From contig ML996688.1 in the NCBI GenBank assembly GCA_010356995.1, positions 1,524,579 through 1,588,578 of the forward strand: DNA of 64,000 bases, given 5' to 3'. Position 1 is the first letter of the stretch. Every line of letters begins with the position of its first letter. Both the position numbers and the translations under genes were made by a program. Shown one piece after another: positions 36,227 through 49,336 of this stretch. The notes beneath the pieces were generated by a model that worked only from the letters and a program-made list of their open reading frames with translations, had not been told where the DNA came from and searched no databases. The stretch is from Trichodelitschia bisporula (taxonomy: Eukaryota).

Positions 36227-39200
36227 AAGTGTGGTGCAATCGGGCTCGCGTTACGTGGGCTTGATTGAAACTACGATCGTGCTCTGTGGGACGGTTACGA
36301 CAGTCTAGGGATGAGGACTGCATCCTGCGGTAGATGATCGGATTGGTGGTGGTGGGGGAGGGAGACGTCCGGTATGCGGCCAGGTAGAGAGGACGGTGTT
36401 GATTGCCATAGCGGTCAGCTACCAGCCTTCGGCTTGTGCTACCTTTCTGTCGTCCCCATTAGCTTTGTCTCATAATATCGCCCACAACTTCGAGCTTATT
36501 GCGATACCGTTTTCGGCATCTGCTTTGCTCGACCGTTGACTGTAGATGCGGATTGGAAGACTCCATATCGGTGGTATCATGTCTGACGAGAGCACTTTGC
36601 GCTATGAACCAGTCCACACACTGAAGTTTCTCAACAAAAAGGTTCGCCTTGTTGACCGAGTGCACCTGCATGAGTTCAACCAGATATCAGATCTCCAATC
36701 GGGGAACAACTATTTTCCGCGCCGCCTCATTCACGTACAACCTATCCGAACCAAAAGAATCGTGACCCTAGACAAATGCCTTGCCTGAAACAACTCGTCC
36801 GCCTAAACATAAAATAGCAACATGAAGCTTCACTTCCAGCACGTGTCTCGTTGCTGATGCCTGCCTGCCCCTCTGTGGCGTCTGGCGCCCGCGGCATGGC
36901 GGCGACGACGATGTGCAGGCTGACCTCGCCCTCCACCTCGACAAGACAGACGACCACCCGCGGGCGGCGACGGCGTGGCAAGTCTCAGTCCATGACGCCA
37001 GACTCGGCCATCCATTACTCAAGAAGACACATACGGCGTTCAGCACAACGCAGTCCATTCTCCATCCCCTCCACCGCGCCTCAATGTCCCGTACCGTATA
37101 CTGTACCGCACGAGACTTGCGTCGTAAGCCGCGCCGTGATTCGCCCATTGGCTGCAACAGACACGGCGGGCGACGGAAATAGCGCGCGGTGTGATATCAC
37201 CAAAGCTCGACCGTATGCGACCCCGCCTCGTTGCCCTCCAGCTCGCATCTTTCTTCCCTGAGCTTGACCTCCCGGTCGACGGCATGCCTGCTCAGCAGCC
37301 CTTGGCATCGCTCCTTCCCTCCCCTGCCGCGCCCGCGTCCGCGTAGCCGACGCGCCCACATGAGTGGCCTGCAAAGCGCGCGCGGCGCGCAGCCGTACGC
37401 GGCTGGATACCGTGGGGTGAGGCGGCGATCGCGTGCGGCGCGGGCGTCGGCGGTAACCGGGACAACGAGGGAAGATGTGCGATGGTAGAGATGAAGGACC
37501 GGAAGTGAGGTTTGATGGGACAAGGATATGAAACTTAGTTGCTCGCGCCGTTGTCGCGCCCGGGACTCGGGTCGGCACGCTGTGCTATATATTTCGGGCG
37601 AGCACCCCGAGCCGGGTTTTGCGGTTTGATGTTTGCGACTTCCGGTTTGTCGCAGCCGAGCGAGCGCGGCTGTCGTGCGAACCTCGGACGCGCGCGGAGA
37701 CGTCACTGCAGGCAGGGGAAGGTGCAAAGTCGCAGAGGTCACGATGGCCGTTTTGGGCGGGGCAGGGCAGGGTGGGGCAAGATATATGAGATCCACCTTC
37801 GCAGAGCGTGGGTCTAGCGTTAGGGCCCTTTGGACCATGCTCTACGGTATCATCTACGACATAGGTGGGGTGAGGTTGGCCGGATGATTGCGATCAGGCT
37901 GGTTCTTGTGGTGATGCTAGTGGGGTGAGTATCGGCTTGCTGGCTGGGGCTTTTGCGAAAGTGATACTGATGTCCGTCAACCGATCATCCAGCCAGTTAG
38001 CTAGCTTGTTTCTTGCTCCAGTGTGCGGTAGCATTTCCAAGCGACGCCATTTCGGCGGGAGGCTCAAATCTTCCCGCGTTGAATCCTGTAGCCTGTAGCT
38101 CGCCTTGGGATCTTGGGGGTTACCATTGGCCGCATGTCCGTGATATAGCCGGGGGACGGAGAGGTGAATGGGCGATGTGGGCGAGGATGAGGTTAGGGGC
38201 GGAAGGTGGAGGGGGTGGTAGACCGAATGCAGATGCTGCCAGATTGTCCATCGTGACCTAGAAAGTGGAGCAAGACGTCTGCAGCCAAGCAGCGGGGGTT
38301 CGGGCGTCTGGTGCTCCCCCCTCCTTCGCATCCCTCCCCAGATCCCTGCTCCCTGGTCTCTTTGCCTCTTCCTTCCCCCCCCCCCCACGAGCGCGAGAGA
38401 CAACCAGCCGGCTACAGCCCTTCAGACCAGGAGGCTTAGCTATTCGCAAGCAAGCAAAAGCGTTCTGCGGCAGGAACCAACACTACCTGTAACCCCGAAA
38501 GACCTGTCCTATCCCCGATGCGTGCACGACAAGAGTCTTACCAGGAGAGCTCCCCGCGCCCCTCGCTCTCCAGGCACGCAGCGCAGAGCTAGGGAAAGCA
38601 ACCTACGTATGTCGACCAACCGCGCGCATCATGCTCTGGCGCACCTTGTACATTCGTGTGTCGAATGCTCGTGCACTGCTGTGCACAAAAGCCCAATGCT
38701 TTGGTCATGCCTGCGCGGCCCCGCCCTCGACCTCGCGCGCACATCGTCTTCCACACTAGGGGTGCGAATGGAGTTGTGGGGAAAGAGGGAGTAAGAAAGG
38801 ACGGGGAAACAAAAAGCTGCTGCGTGCTTGCTGATGCTCCTTGTGCTGCTCCATATGCTGCTGCTATCCAGAGGTGCGAAAAGCCCTGGTCTGCCCCTCC
38901 CTTCCCGCCTACAGGTTGGGGCTAGCACCGTTCTATTTTCCCGCCCTGCACCCGCCGGGCCCGCACATGATGATGGCGCATCCGCGCTTTCCAAGCTGCG
39001 GACAAAGAGCGGAACGGGCACTTCCCAAAGCGACGAGGAGCAGGACTAGTTAGACAGAGACAGGGTGGTGCCGCGTAGAGGGCGCGAGAAGAGGAGGTGG
39101 GTGAGTGAACCACTCTATTCCTCGTCTTGAACCTACGGAGACGCAAAATGAGCCTGATAGTGGCTGGCGAGGGCAAAGTCGCCGTAGAAGGCATGTATGC

Positions 39201-42200
39201 TCTCCTATTGTGAGAGACTGCAGAATGGGAGTCAGAGGCGCACCGCGATATGTTGAAAAGAGCAACGAGACGGAGGTATAGCGGATCCAATGGGCTGACA
39301 ACGGGCGGGACGGCGTCCACCCTGGAGAACGAAGGAGGGGTGGAGGGGTCCGCACACTGAGCAGTAAGAGGAGAGGATTTGAGCCTGCAGAGCACCTGAT
39401 CAGACAAAGATTTGACTTCTGTCTCCGTTTCGCATCCTTAAAATTCTTGGGTAGAGGAAGAGGGGGTATGGGTGTGCGCCTGCCGATGTCCGCTGGCTGA
39501 TGGTTCGTGGGAGCGGGTGCCGTTGTCGCCTCGTGCAGCTGATGACCTCGTCCTGGGAGGGATTAACACGTTCCTGGGACGAGGGAGGGGCGTTTGGGTC
39601 GTTCTGCTTGGAGAGTTGAAGCGCTTGGGGCGTTGAGGATGGAAAAAAAAGTGATGAACCGTCTTGGGGGTGTTGAACAAAAGGCACGGGAAGATGAGGT
39701 TGACCTTTTGTTGGTTGTTAAAACTTTGTTGGCTTGCTTTGATGGTGGCCGCTTCACCGCGAGGCTCTTCGCGTCTCCTTGCCTCTGATTTTCTCGTCCT
39801 CAACGACAACTCGACCCGCTGACAGCAAAGAATCATCTCTGTGATCCTCTCGCCGCAATCAATTTGGCCTTGCCCGGCCAATCAACGCTTACGTTTTGCA
39901 AAAGTGCAGTATCATGGACGGCCCATGTAGTGAGCTTTTGGGCTTGCGTGCAGTCAATATGAGCCATTTGGTGTCGCCTGCTGCTGCCGCTTCTGCTGCT
40001 GCTGCTGCAGACCACTTTCACGATGCAATGCGTGCATGAGGATGAAGCACGAGAGGGCTACACATAGGCGGGAGTTGCGAGAGCGAGCTGTGCGCTTTTC
40101 ATGGACAGGGCTAAATTGTGGACGAAAGAGAGGAGGATTAACAGCCCGGCGGAGTGGCGAGCCGAGCCGAGTGACGAGTGACGAGTGGCGGAGATGGGTA
40201 AGGAGTCGTCCCTGTCCTCGCATCGCATCGCTTTGATTGTATCAACGGTCGATACTGTGGTGCCCAGCAGCTTGAAAGCGGCGCGAAGCCCTCCGAGTAT
40301 CGCCTTCGAGTCGCTCCGCAGCACCGCAAGTCATGTCGGTTGATCCGTCGGTCAGTCGGTCAGTCGGTCAATGCCAGAGATGACGGCTACCACTCGATAT
40401 GGCCGTAATGGAAGGCGGGAAGGCGATGTGCCGCTCTTGAGTAACGAAGGCATTACGCAGAGCCGTAACGCCGACGCCGCGGGTGGCTCAGGCCATTGCC
40501 ATCACCATCACGAGAGTTGTCAGGCTTTCTACCGATGTCTGGTCTTTCATTGTAATCGCGTGTTGCTGCGGTCATTGGACGCAAACCCTCGGGACTGCTG
40601 AGGCCGTTTTGAAGGGAAAGTCGTAACAAGAGAGTCACTCGGCAAGGTCTGTCATCAATTGACGCTGGACATCCTCAGCCCCATTCGGCGTCTTCATTTC
40701 GAGATTCATAGGATAGTCTTCCTCCCGTAGAGCATCCTACCATCATGCGTTGCCTACAGGGCCTACAATGCCTACTACTAAATACTAGAACTACTATCTA
40801 GCCTCGTTAATCATCGTCAGTGCTTATTGCTTTCCTCCGGTCAACCGACTGTACATCGTACAAGTACCTGAATAATATACATAAGTTGTAGCTCTCCTCT
40901 CCTGCCACCCCTCCCCCCCCTCCTTCATGCCCAGCCCTCTGCGAGACTGCCCACCAGACCTGCCAGGAAAAGGTGCCACTGACCAGCAGCCAGTCCAAAT
41001 CAGACCAGCCGCCAGCGCTTTCGAAACCTCCAACAACATCATCCCTTCGCCCCTTCGTCATCCCCCACTAACGACCCTCTCCAATCTCCATTCCCTCCCA
41101 CCCATCCCCCTCTCTCTCTGGCTTCCTCTCCACCTTGTCCCCCTCCCCTCTTCTTCCCATCTCATCACTTCTTCAAGTGCGCTCCATTCACAAGCCCACA
41201 TTGTCACTTCTCTGACAAACCACGATCCCATCATCAACCGCTGCAACATCACGATTCTTTACCCCTTCGTTCTCATCCATTGCACCTGCTGCTCTGTCCC
41301 CATCCCGTTCGCCGTCGACCCCACCCCGTTAAGGGAAAGAAAAGGCTCTCTCGAGCCCAGCCTCATTCATACGTCGTTGACGCCTCCACGCGAGCGACCG
41401 TGGCGCAATCTCGAAGCAAACCAGAGAGAGCCAACCCAAAAAGCGAACAAAAACCCTAACCTCCGCACCACCACCAACCTCTTTCCCTTCTCTTTTCCTC
41501 CTCTTCCGCTTTTTCGTCTTTCCCTTCCCCTCCCCCTCTCACATATTGTCTCTTCACACCCAACGGCAAGCAACATCCAAACCCTTCCTACTCTTTACCG
41601 ACCCTTACGTTCAATCTGACTCTCGACCTCTCCGTCACCGGCTGTATCCAGCTGCAAAACCCTATTCACACATCACTTACCCCGTTTCCCTCGTCAAAGA
41701 AACAAATCATCACCGTCATCACCCCTCCTCCTCTATTTCCCCTACTTCGATACGGTCATCTTCCACCCTAAACCAACCCCGCCAACGCTACTCGTCATCC
41801 CGCTTCGGCAGCCGCAAGCCAGCGACGCACTGCACGCACGACGCTCCGCGCACCAGACAAGCCCACGACGCACGCACCTGAGCCTGCCTCACGCACTCTC
41901 TTCTGTCTCCGTCGCTCCTCCCCTACATACCTCTCCACCTCCCCCCACCTCCCCCCGTCCGCACTTGCATTCTTTCTGCTTCGCCTGCACACCTCCGCCC
42001 ACTCAAACAAACACGCAACCCCTCCACACACCCCCAACCTCCTCCGCTCCCCGAACAACAATAACAACACTACGCGCTTCCCCGTGAACTGTGTCACCCA
42101 CAACTCAGTCACGCACCCCCGCTCCACGCACATCAATTCGCCTAGACCGCTAGAAAACCAGCTCGACGCACCAAATCCGCCCACAACGGCCTTCTTCGTT

Positions 42201-42343
42201 CGCGCGCCGCGCTCTTCGCATCAGCTCCTGAACATCAGTCCGCCGTATTCGCGATAGCAATATATTTTCCCCGCACTGAAACAAGGATCAACCGCCAAAA
42301 CAACCGCGTTCACACGCTTCGCTTCTTTTCCTCCAACTCAATC

Positions 42344-43908
42344 ATGTCGCAGGGTCGTCCATCTGCATTCTCAAGCATAAGGATGGGCGGTATGTCATTC
42401 TCTCTTCTTCTTCCGCTGCTTCCCCTCGGCGTCCTTCGGTCTATTCATCCGTGTTTCGACGCTAACTTGTGATTTTGTAGAGGTTATCCGTGAAAAGGTC
42501 CAGGATGGCCTGACGGGCGAAACGAAGGACCTCGCCTACACACAGTGCAAGATCGTCGGGAATGGCTCCTTCGGTGTTGTCTTCCACACGAAGCTGTCGC
42601 CTAGCGGGGAGGATGCTGCGATCAAGAGGGTACTGCAAGACAAGCGGTTCAAGGTACTACCTTCATACCTTCGTGTTTGTTCCTTTTTGCGCCTCGGCCG
42701 TTTAACCGTGTGTTAACCAATCCTGTGTAGAATCGCGAACTTCAGATTATGCGCATCGTGCGTCATCCCAACATTGTCGAGCTCAAAGCATTCTACTACA
42801 GCAACGGAGAGCGGGTAGGCAACTCTTATGCACTTGTAGTAATGGTTGTTTCTAACGGCCAAGGTTTCACAGAAAGACGAGGTCTACCTCAACCTGATCC
42901 TCGAATACGTCCCCGAGACCGTGTACCGCGCTTCGAGGTACTTCAACAAGCTGAAGACGGTGATGCCAACGCTCGAAGTCAAGCTCTACATCTACCAGCT
43001 TTTCCGGTCGCTAGCATACATCCACTCTCAAGGCATCTGTCATCGGGATATCAAGCCGCAGAACCTGCTGCTCGATCCCTCGTCAGGCGTGCTGAAGCTG
43101 TGCGATTTTGGCAGCGCCAAGATTTTGGTGGAGAACGAGCCTAATGTGTCGTACATCTGCTCGAGATACTACCGTGCGCCGGAGCTGATTTTCGGTGCCA
43201 CTAACTATACCACAAAGATCGGTACGTGACGATACTATATGGGAAGCATGCCAAAACTTACGTGTGTGCCTTTGCAGATGTGTGGTCGACGGGCTGTGTC
43301 ATGGCCGAGCTCATGCTTGGTCAGCCGCTGTTCCCTGGTGAATCTGGCATCGACCAGCTGGTGGAGATCATAAAGGTGCTGGGCACGCCGACGCGAGACC
43401 AGATCCGGACTATGAATCCGAATTACATGGAGCACAAGTTTCCGCAAATCAAGCCTCATCCCTTCAGCAAAGTAGGCACCCCTAACGACGCTACTGCCGG
43501 GAGCCAACTAATATCCCAGGTCTTCCGGCGGGCCGACAACAATGCCATCGATCTCATCTCGCGCTTGCTTGAGTACACCCCCACACAGCGTCTCTCGGCG
43601 ATCGAGGCCATGGTGCATCCGTTCTTCGACGAGCTTCGCGACCCGGCAACGCGTCTTCCCGACTCGCGGCACACCAACGGTGGTCCGAAGGAGCTGCCGC
43701 AGCTGTTCGATTTCTCGCTTCATGGTATGCCTGCTTTTCTCGTCGTGACTCCCAGCTAACGGTGGTAGAACTATCCATCCGCCCTGACCTGAACCAACAG
43801 CTTGTGCCGCAGCAAGCGCGCGCCGCTCTGCGGGCCAAGGGCATTGACATCGACTCTCCTGACTTCAAGCCGCTCACCAAGGACCAGATGCAGGCTCGCC
43901 TCGATTAA
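42344..43908 (+). CDS. GSK3: Glycogen synthase kinase-3 (CMGC kinase), 7 exons
   Basis: Introns 42390-42480, 42654-42730, 42815-42872, 43222-43277, 43472-43519 and 43725-43768. Motifs [38 protein letters not shown] and [18 protein letters not shown]. Confidence 0.98.
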
Positions 43909-45949
43909 GGCGCCCGCGTGAGCCCTGAGAGTCTCCCTCAAAATCTGCACGCCTGTTGAAAAGTACGCTTTTTGGACCGAAGCCTTGTTGTGCGCTCGGA
44001 ACCCCCATGCGACCGGTGCGCTACTCGTCGGTCTTGCCTATCCGGCCCTCTTCACATTCCCAGGAACGATATCATCAACGATTATGTCTGTTGGCCCGGC
44101 GGGTGCCGAGCCGGTGTTGCTTTGGTTCTCGCAGGCTGGGCGACAAGCGTATGGGGCCCGTAGATTGCGTTTCCTTTTCTTTCCACTTTCCTTGGCCTTC
44201 TGGCACGCGCCGGAGTAAAAGAGATTCACTACGACCAAAACGAAGGGAAGCATCGAAGGCGAAGTTGAGAGTGGGCGGCGCGAGGAGTGGAAGGGTTCAA
44301 TGCATGAGGGGTGTCCTGATGCGTTTCATCTTTTATGCAAAACATGGCGGCTATCCTTTTTTTGGGTTCGACACACATTGTTCCTGTTTGATCTTGCGCG
44401 TCGTCGCCTGTTTTTTCGCTGTGTTTTTGTCCGGGACCATGGTTCTGGGAGTCAAGGATACAGCGTTAGATCAGGGCAAAGCGGCAGCGAGGGTTTGCAA
44501 TGGGGGCACATTGATGTGTTTCGGATGGCAGTTCGGGGGTGGTAGGCACACGGCGGGCGGGCGGGGGGGGTTTCACTGTGCTAGGTTCAATCATGGGCGA
44601 ATGGAGGGGGACGTTGTAGAGGACTTGTGTTATTCTTCGCTTTTTCTACGATGGCTTGCGGAGTCTGAAGACTGAATTCTGCGCTCGTTGGGGTGTGATT
44701 CCGTTCGGGGAGTACCTCCTTCCCTTTCTGATGCCCTCGTTTCTCTTGACGCTCGCTTTGCCCCTATCACTCGTGCATGCGTTCTGTGGCTTTCCTCATG
44801 ATGGATAGACTTATGACTTAAGGTTGACGGATGACGGATGACCGGACGAGTAGTGCGAGGGTGGAAGCAGCTGGTGAAGCATGGTAGGGTAACTCCAGCC
44901 GGGCATAGCTGCGGACTCCGACGGAGAAGGCGTCGTAGAGGGGGACATGAGTTCGTTTCTTAGGCAGGCCATGTCAGCAATCGTTAACGCCGCACGACAC
45001 TTCTCTGCTTAGTGATGGGGCACGTGAGTGTTGCAGGTGATGAGCGATGAACACGATGATGGCTCCAAGGGGCGGGCACGGCATCGGTATCCTTCAGAGA
45101 CCGTGGGCTTCGGGCTGCTTGGTTCGCCACCGTCCGATGCGCGTTGGTCGTATCGCCGAGTGGTACCGTACCCGTAATTTACGCCGGCCCGTCCGGTTTC
45201 CTGACCTTGACTCCCAAGACCGGGCGGACTGGAGGCGGGGGGTGCCGAAGCGACACGGCTTTTCTACGCGGTTTGAATGGGGTGGGCATGATGCGGGACG
45301 GGCTACCGTACCGCACCACCGTACGCAGTGCCGCTGCTGGAAGCGGTCGGGAACGATGGCGCTGTGGGCTCACTACCGTACAGGGCAGCGGAGCGATCAC
45401 CGGGGGCCCGAGCAGGCTCGATGGCTTACGTACAATGTACCGTAGAGCCCAAGGTGCTCAATGAGGCGTTGCGGCGTCGATCTAATCCATGTGACGAGAC
45501 GAGCTGGAGCCGGGGGGTTGAGTTAAGCTTCGCGTGTTGTGGAAGTGGCGCTTTGAGCGTGGTGTGATTGGAGGATGTGTGGGGATGAGGGGGGGGGAAG
45601 AGGGGAGTTCTCAGCGTACCGGTGAGGGGATATGCCTGGCGGGCGTGAGGCTGAGGGGGGATTGGATGTGAGATGATGGTTGATGGGTAGTTTTTGGAAT
45701 TCGTCAGGTGTGATGGGAGGAGAGGGTGAGGACGAAGGCGCTTGGCGGAGGGGGATGTCTGATGCGGATGGAGGGGCACAGCCTTGCGGATGGAAACTAT
45801 CGTGAGGGAGAGAGCGGCGAGGGATGGAGGGGGGACGGGTCCGAGTTGGCATTCAACAGCAACCGAAGCGTGATTTCCTCAGTCTCTTCAACCGCACAGT
45901 GAAGAAAGCATGCCCCATAACTACCCCTTTTAAGTCTCAGCGCCTACAC

Positions 45950-46172
45950 CGGTGGCCTAGATCGTCTACAATCTCGCAGATCATGAAGTAATACTCTAAC
46001 CTCCGCCAAAATTCCCAGTTCCCCTACTCGATATAAATTCTCGGGAGCGGTGGGAGAGATCCTTGGGCGCTATATATGAGAGGTACTCACGGTTGAGTCA
46101 TCGATCCCGACCGCCAACATATAAACGAGTAGGATTCCCCCCCTTGCCTTACGGTAGCCGGTCTAGCCACCG
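45950..46172. repeat. Nested imperfect inverted repeat (fold-back), MITE-like or structured RNA candidate
   Basis: CGGTGGCCTAGATCGTCTAC (45950-45969) pairs with GTAGCCGGTCTAGCCACCG (46154-46172). Inner arms are CCTACTCG/CGAGTAGG and GCGGTGGGA/TCCCGACCGC. Confidence 0.6.
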
Positions 46173-46677
46173 CGCCCAAATTACCAGGCTGTCTTATTGA
46201 ATTTGCTTTCCTCCACACCTCGACTTCGAAGGATAAGACTGGCGACTATGAATAAAATGGTATGGTTATCAGTCTTTCGAGACGATGTAGACTAATTATT
46301 CGCACCAGGCCCCCCCCCCCCCCCGCGCCTTTGAGTGTTGATCGGCAGTGAGCTGTGACTTCTCCTCGCAGCCGCTCACCGGCTGCCAGGAACAGCAAGA
46401 TATGCCACAGGAAGGGTCGTCTCTCTTCGTGATTGCGAGTATTAGGCACCCTTGTCGGCCCTTGAGCGGCGTCAAGCGAACTTCTCGTTCATCATGGCAC
46501 AAGGTGGCTTCTACGCTGAATACTCTCCGGACCTCATCCAAGAACTGCTGAGCGCCGTACCAGCGCAGACGGGCCCGTTTAAGAGACAATCATCGTCCCG
46601 TACAGGCGCGTGGGAGCTATCTCCGCTGCTGCCTCCCGCGTATCGTCCATCCAGGACATCCAAGGCCATGCGATGGC

Positions 46678-48217
46678 TCAACAGAGGTGGAAGAACTTCC
46701 TCAGCCACCCACAATCCGGTGCAACATTATGCTCCCAGTCATCCCTATCAAGCTTAGCACACACATCACCACTCCCGCACAGCAGACTTACACAAACGAC
46801 TCAAACGGCACTCCCCTCAACTTCCTCGCAACCCTCCCCTTAACCTCCACCATCTCCCACGCTTCCGGCTCAAAACTCACACTCGCCCACGCCTCAAACA
46901 ACCGCCGCCAGTAGCAAGCCTGCGCGGCGGGCGTCAAAACGCGATCCCTAAACACCTTCACCCCGTTTCGCGCAATGCGCTCCGCCTCCGCCGGCCGCTT
47001 GCGCAGGTCCTGAATCTTGCCTTCCAAATCTGAAAAGTCAGACTCAACTTCGACGTAGTTCTGGTCTGGGCCAGCAGGCACAAGCAGTGCGTGGTGCGGC
47101 TCGATCCACACCCGCTTGTGTGCGACGAATACGGAGCGACAGTTCTGCAGGTACTTCCCGCGACCGGAATAACTCCGCCCTAGGCTGTCAGCATCCACCT
47201 CCCGCAATATAGAAAACCCATACCTTCCGTCTGGACAACGAACTGATACCGGCAATGCGCCGGTATACTCAGCGCCAGGCTCGCAGACTCGGGCCTCAAC
47301 TCCGTCGCGCTGGCCCAGAATAACTCACGCACATCCGCCCAATTCTTCCCTTTCGTGACACGGAGCAAGTCCTTGCGGAGCGCATTTGTCCCGGCCGCGC
47401 CCCGCCACACCGCTTGCGGTATCTTGTCCTTGAACTCCACACCCCGCTCTGCATCCACGATCTCAGCGCGGATCTGCGAATACTCGCCCACCTGGCCTAG
47501 CGGCCAGGACCAGTACCCGAAGTCGCTCATAAGCCACTTCTCCTTCTCCTCGGGCCGCCGACTCAGAGCCCATATCGTGCGGCCCAGGCGGTATGGGTCC
47601 GCGATGTCAGCTATCGAGAAGGCGAACTCAATGTTTGGCACCGGGTCGCGGCTGGTGAGCACGGCGCGGTTTATGGCGTGGAGGATGGCGAGGGCGCGCA
47701 TGCGGTGGTGGGAGGAGGGGAGGAGGGTGTGCGAGAGGATGGAGAGTTGCCTGTTGTGGATCATGGCACGGATGGCGCCGGAGCTCCAGTTTATATCGAT
47801 GTCGCCGGGTGTGATCGGGCCGGCGGTCTTTCGGTGTGCGACTGCGCGGTCGAGCTCGGCGAAGAGGCCGCTGAAGGTGGCGGCGCATTGGGCACGGGTT
47901 AGGTTGTAGTCCTGGCTGTCCCGCGTTGTGTCGAATGTCCATGGTGATTCGGGGTCGATGGAACTGGAGACTGGAACGGAGTGGTTATGCGTCGGGTGGA
48001 CGGTAGGTAACTGAGCTGGATCGGGGACAGATAGTTTCGGCTCTGGTAACCGTCCATCTTCAAGGTTCAGCGGAGGCCGCTTCTGCGGCGTGATTTCGCT
48101 GCCCAGCCAGCTCGTACGAGAGAAGGTAAAGACCCATGTAGAGCACAAAGCGATGAGTATCAACACCACCGCCGCAAGCAGAGTTACTGTGCGGCGTGGA
48201 TGTCGAGTGAGTGACAT
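46678..48217 (-). CDS. Glycosyltransferase family 90 (CAP10 domain), 3 exons
   Basis: N-terminal TM. Motifs VPNIEFAF, WLMSDFGYWSW, AVWRG, HCRYQFVVQTEGRSYSGRGKYL, DFSDL and AQACYWRRL. Introns 47223-47180 and 46791-46745. The last exon (VDDWEHNVAPDCGWLRKFFHLC) is less certain. Confidence 0.9.
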
Positions 48218-49336
48218 TTGAGTCTCCTAGCCTAGCTAGCAAGCATGGCGTCTGGGCGGGAAGAAAACTAACCAGACTAGAACTAGAACACTGAAGGTGG
48301 GAGAGGCCAGTTATGTGAACCATATAACTTCATCTATGCTAGGCTGGGGTTGTGCCACGGTGAGCGCACAGCGTGGGTCGCGGACCCCAAAGATGACGCG
48401 AGTCATTCCGCTGTTTAATGCAGCCAACCGGAGGCCTGGAGTCACAGCCTTGTCCATGCGCCGAAGGATTCGATCCTGCGGAAGGAATTGTCGAAGGAAG
48501 TGAGTGATAGAAATAATATCTTGATGATTGGTAATATGAGCTCCCAGAGCTCTTTGGAAGAAGGCTTGGGTTATATTGGTTGACTTTTCTGTTCAATTAC
48601 AAGAAGAACATTGAGACTCCGGCTTCGATGGGGTGCCGAAGTCACTTTCGGGAAGGCTCACTATTTCGTACTCCTGTTACCGACGTGAATAACTGAGCAG
48701 GACAACTGCTAGGAACAACGACAAGACGACAGGAACGAAAGGTAGGATAATGGAAGCATAGGCTTGACAAGGAGTAACGCCTACAGTGTGAAGTGGAAGA
48801 AGAGAAGAAGGAGAGTCAAGAGACGCTCGAGACTGAGGACACGACGTGGCACAGATCCTCCCATATTCCTTCCTTCCCGTCATGAGCACAGTATCATGTT
48901 CCTTCCTTCCATCGTGCGACACATTACGTCGTATGTGCCTTCCGTTGGCATGTCCCTTCCTGAGACTGACATGCTCCTTCCGACGGCAAGTATGATGTTC
49001 TGGTGCCTTAATGTCCTGTACGCCCAGGTGTCTACCCCATGGGAACGAAAGAAGGCTATCAACTTACACCCTTCACAGACATCAAGATGTAAATCGGTGT
49101 ATCGGTGGGATGTGGTGGATGGGCTTTTGTGAAGCTGGAAGAAGTGCGGAGAGTCCTGGATGTAGTCTTTGCTACGGGAGTGAGACATATGTAGTTGAAA
49201 GGTCAAGCTTCTCTCCATCATATCATACTGTAAAGCATGCTCCACTGCCCTTTCTTTAGCCAAGATCCTTGATTAAAATGATGATAAACTCAAAAGTGGC
49301 ATACCCAACATGTATCTATACAAGACAACCAACTCC

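Noticed and set aside
39539..39570. Hammerhead-like CTGATGA followed by a stem
   Set aside because: The required GAAA is missing (GATT instead).
41451..41461. AACCCTAACC as a telomerase RNA template or telomere seed
   Set aside because: It is a single short match in C/A-rich DNA, with no recognisable pseudoknot or other TER element nearby.
48400..48485. tRNA B-box-like GATTCGATCCT
   Set aside because: I could not build a cloverleaf or find an A box.
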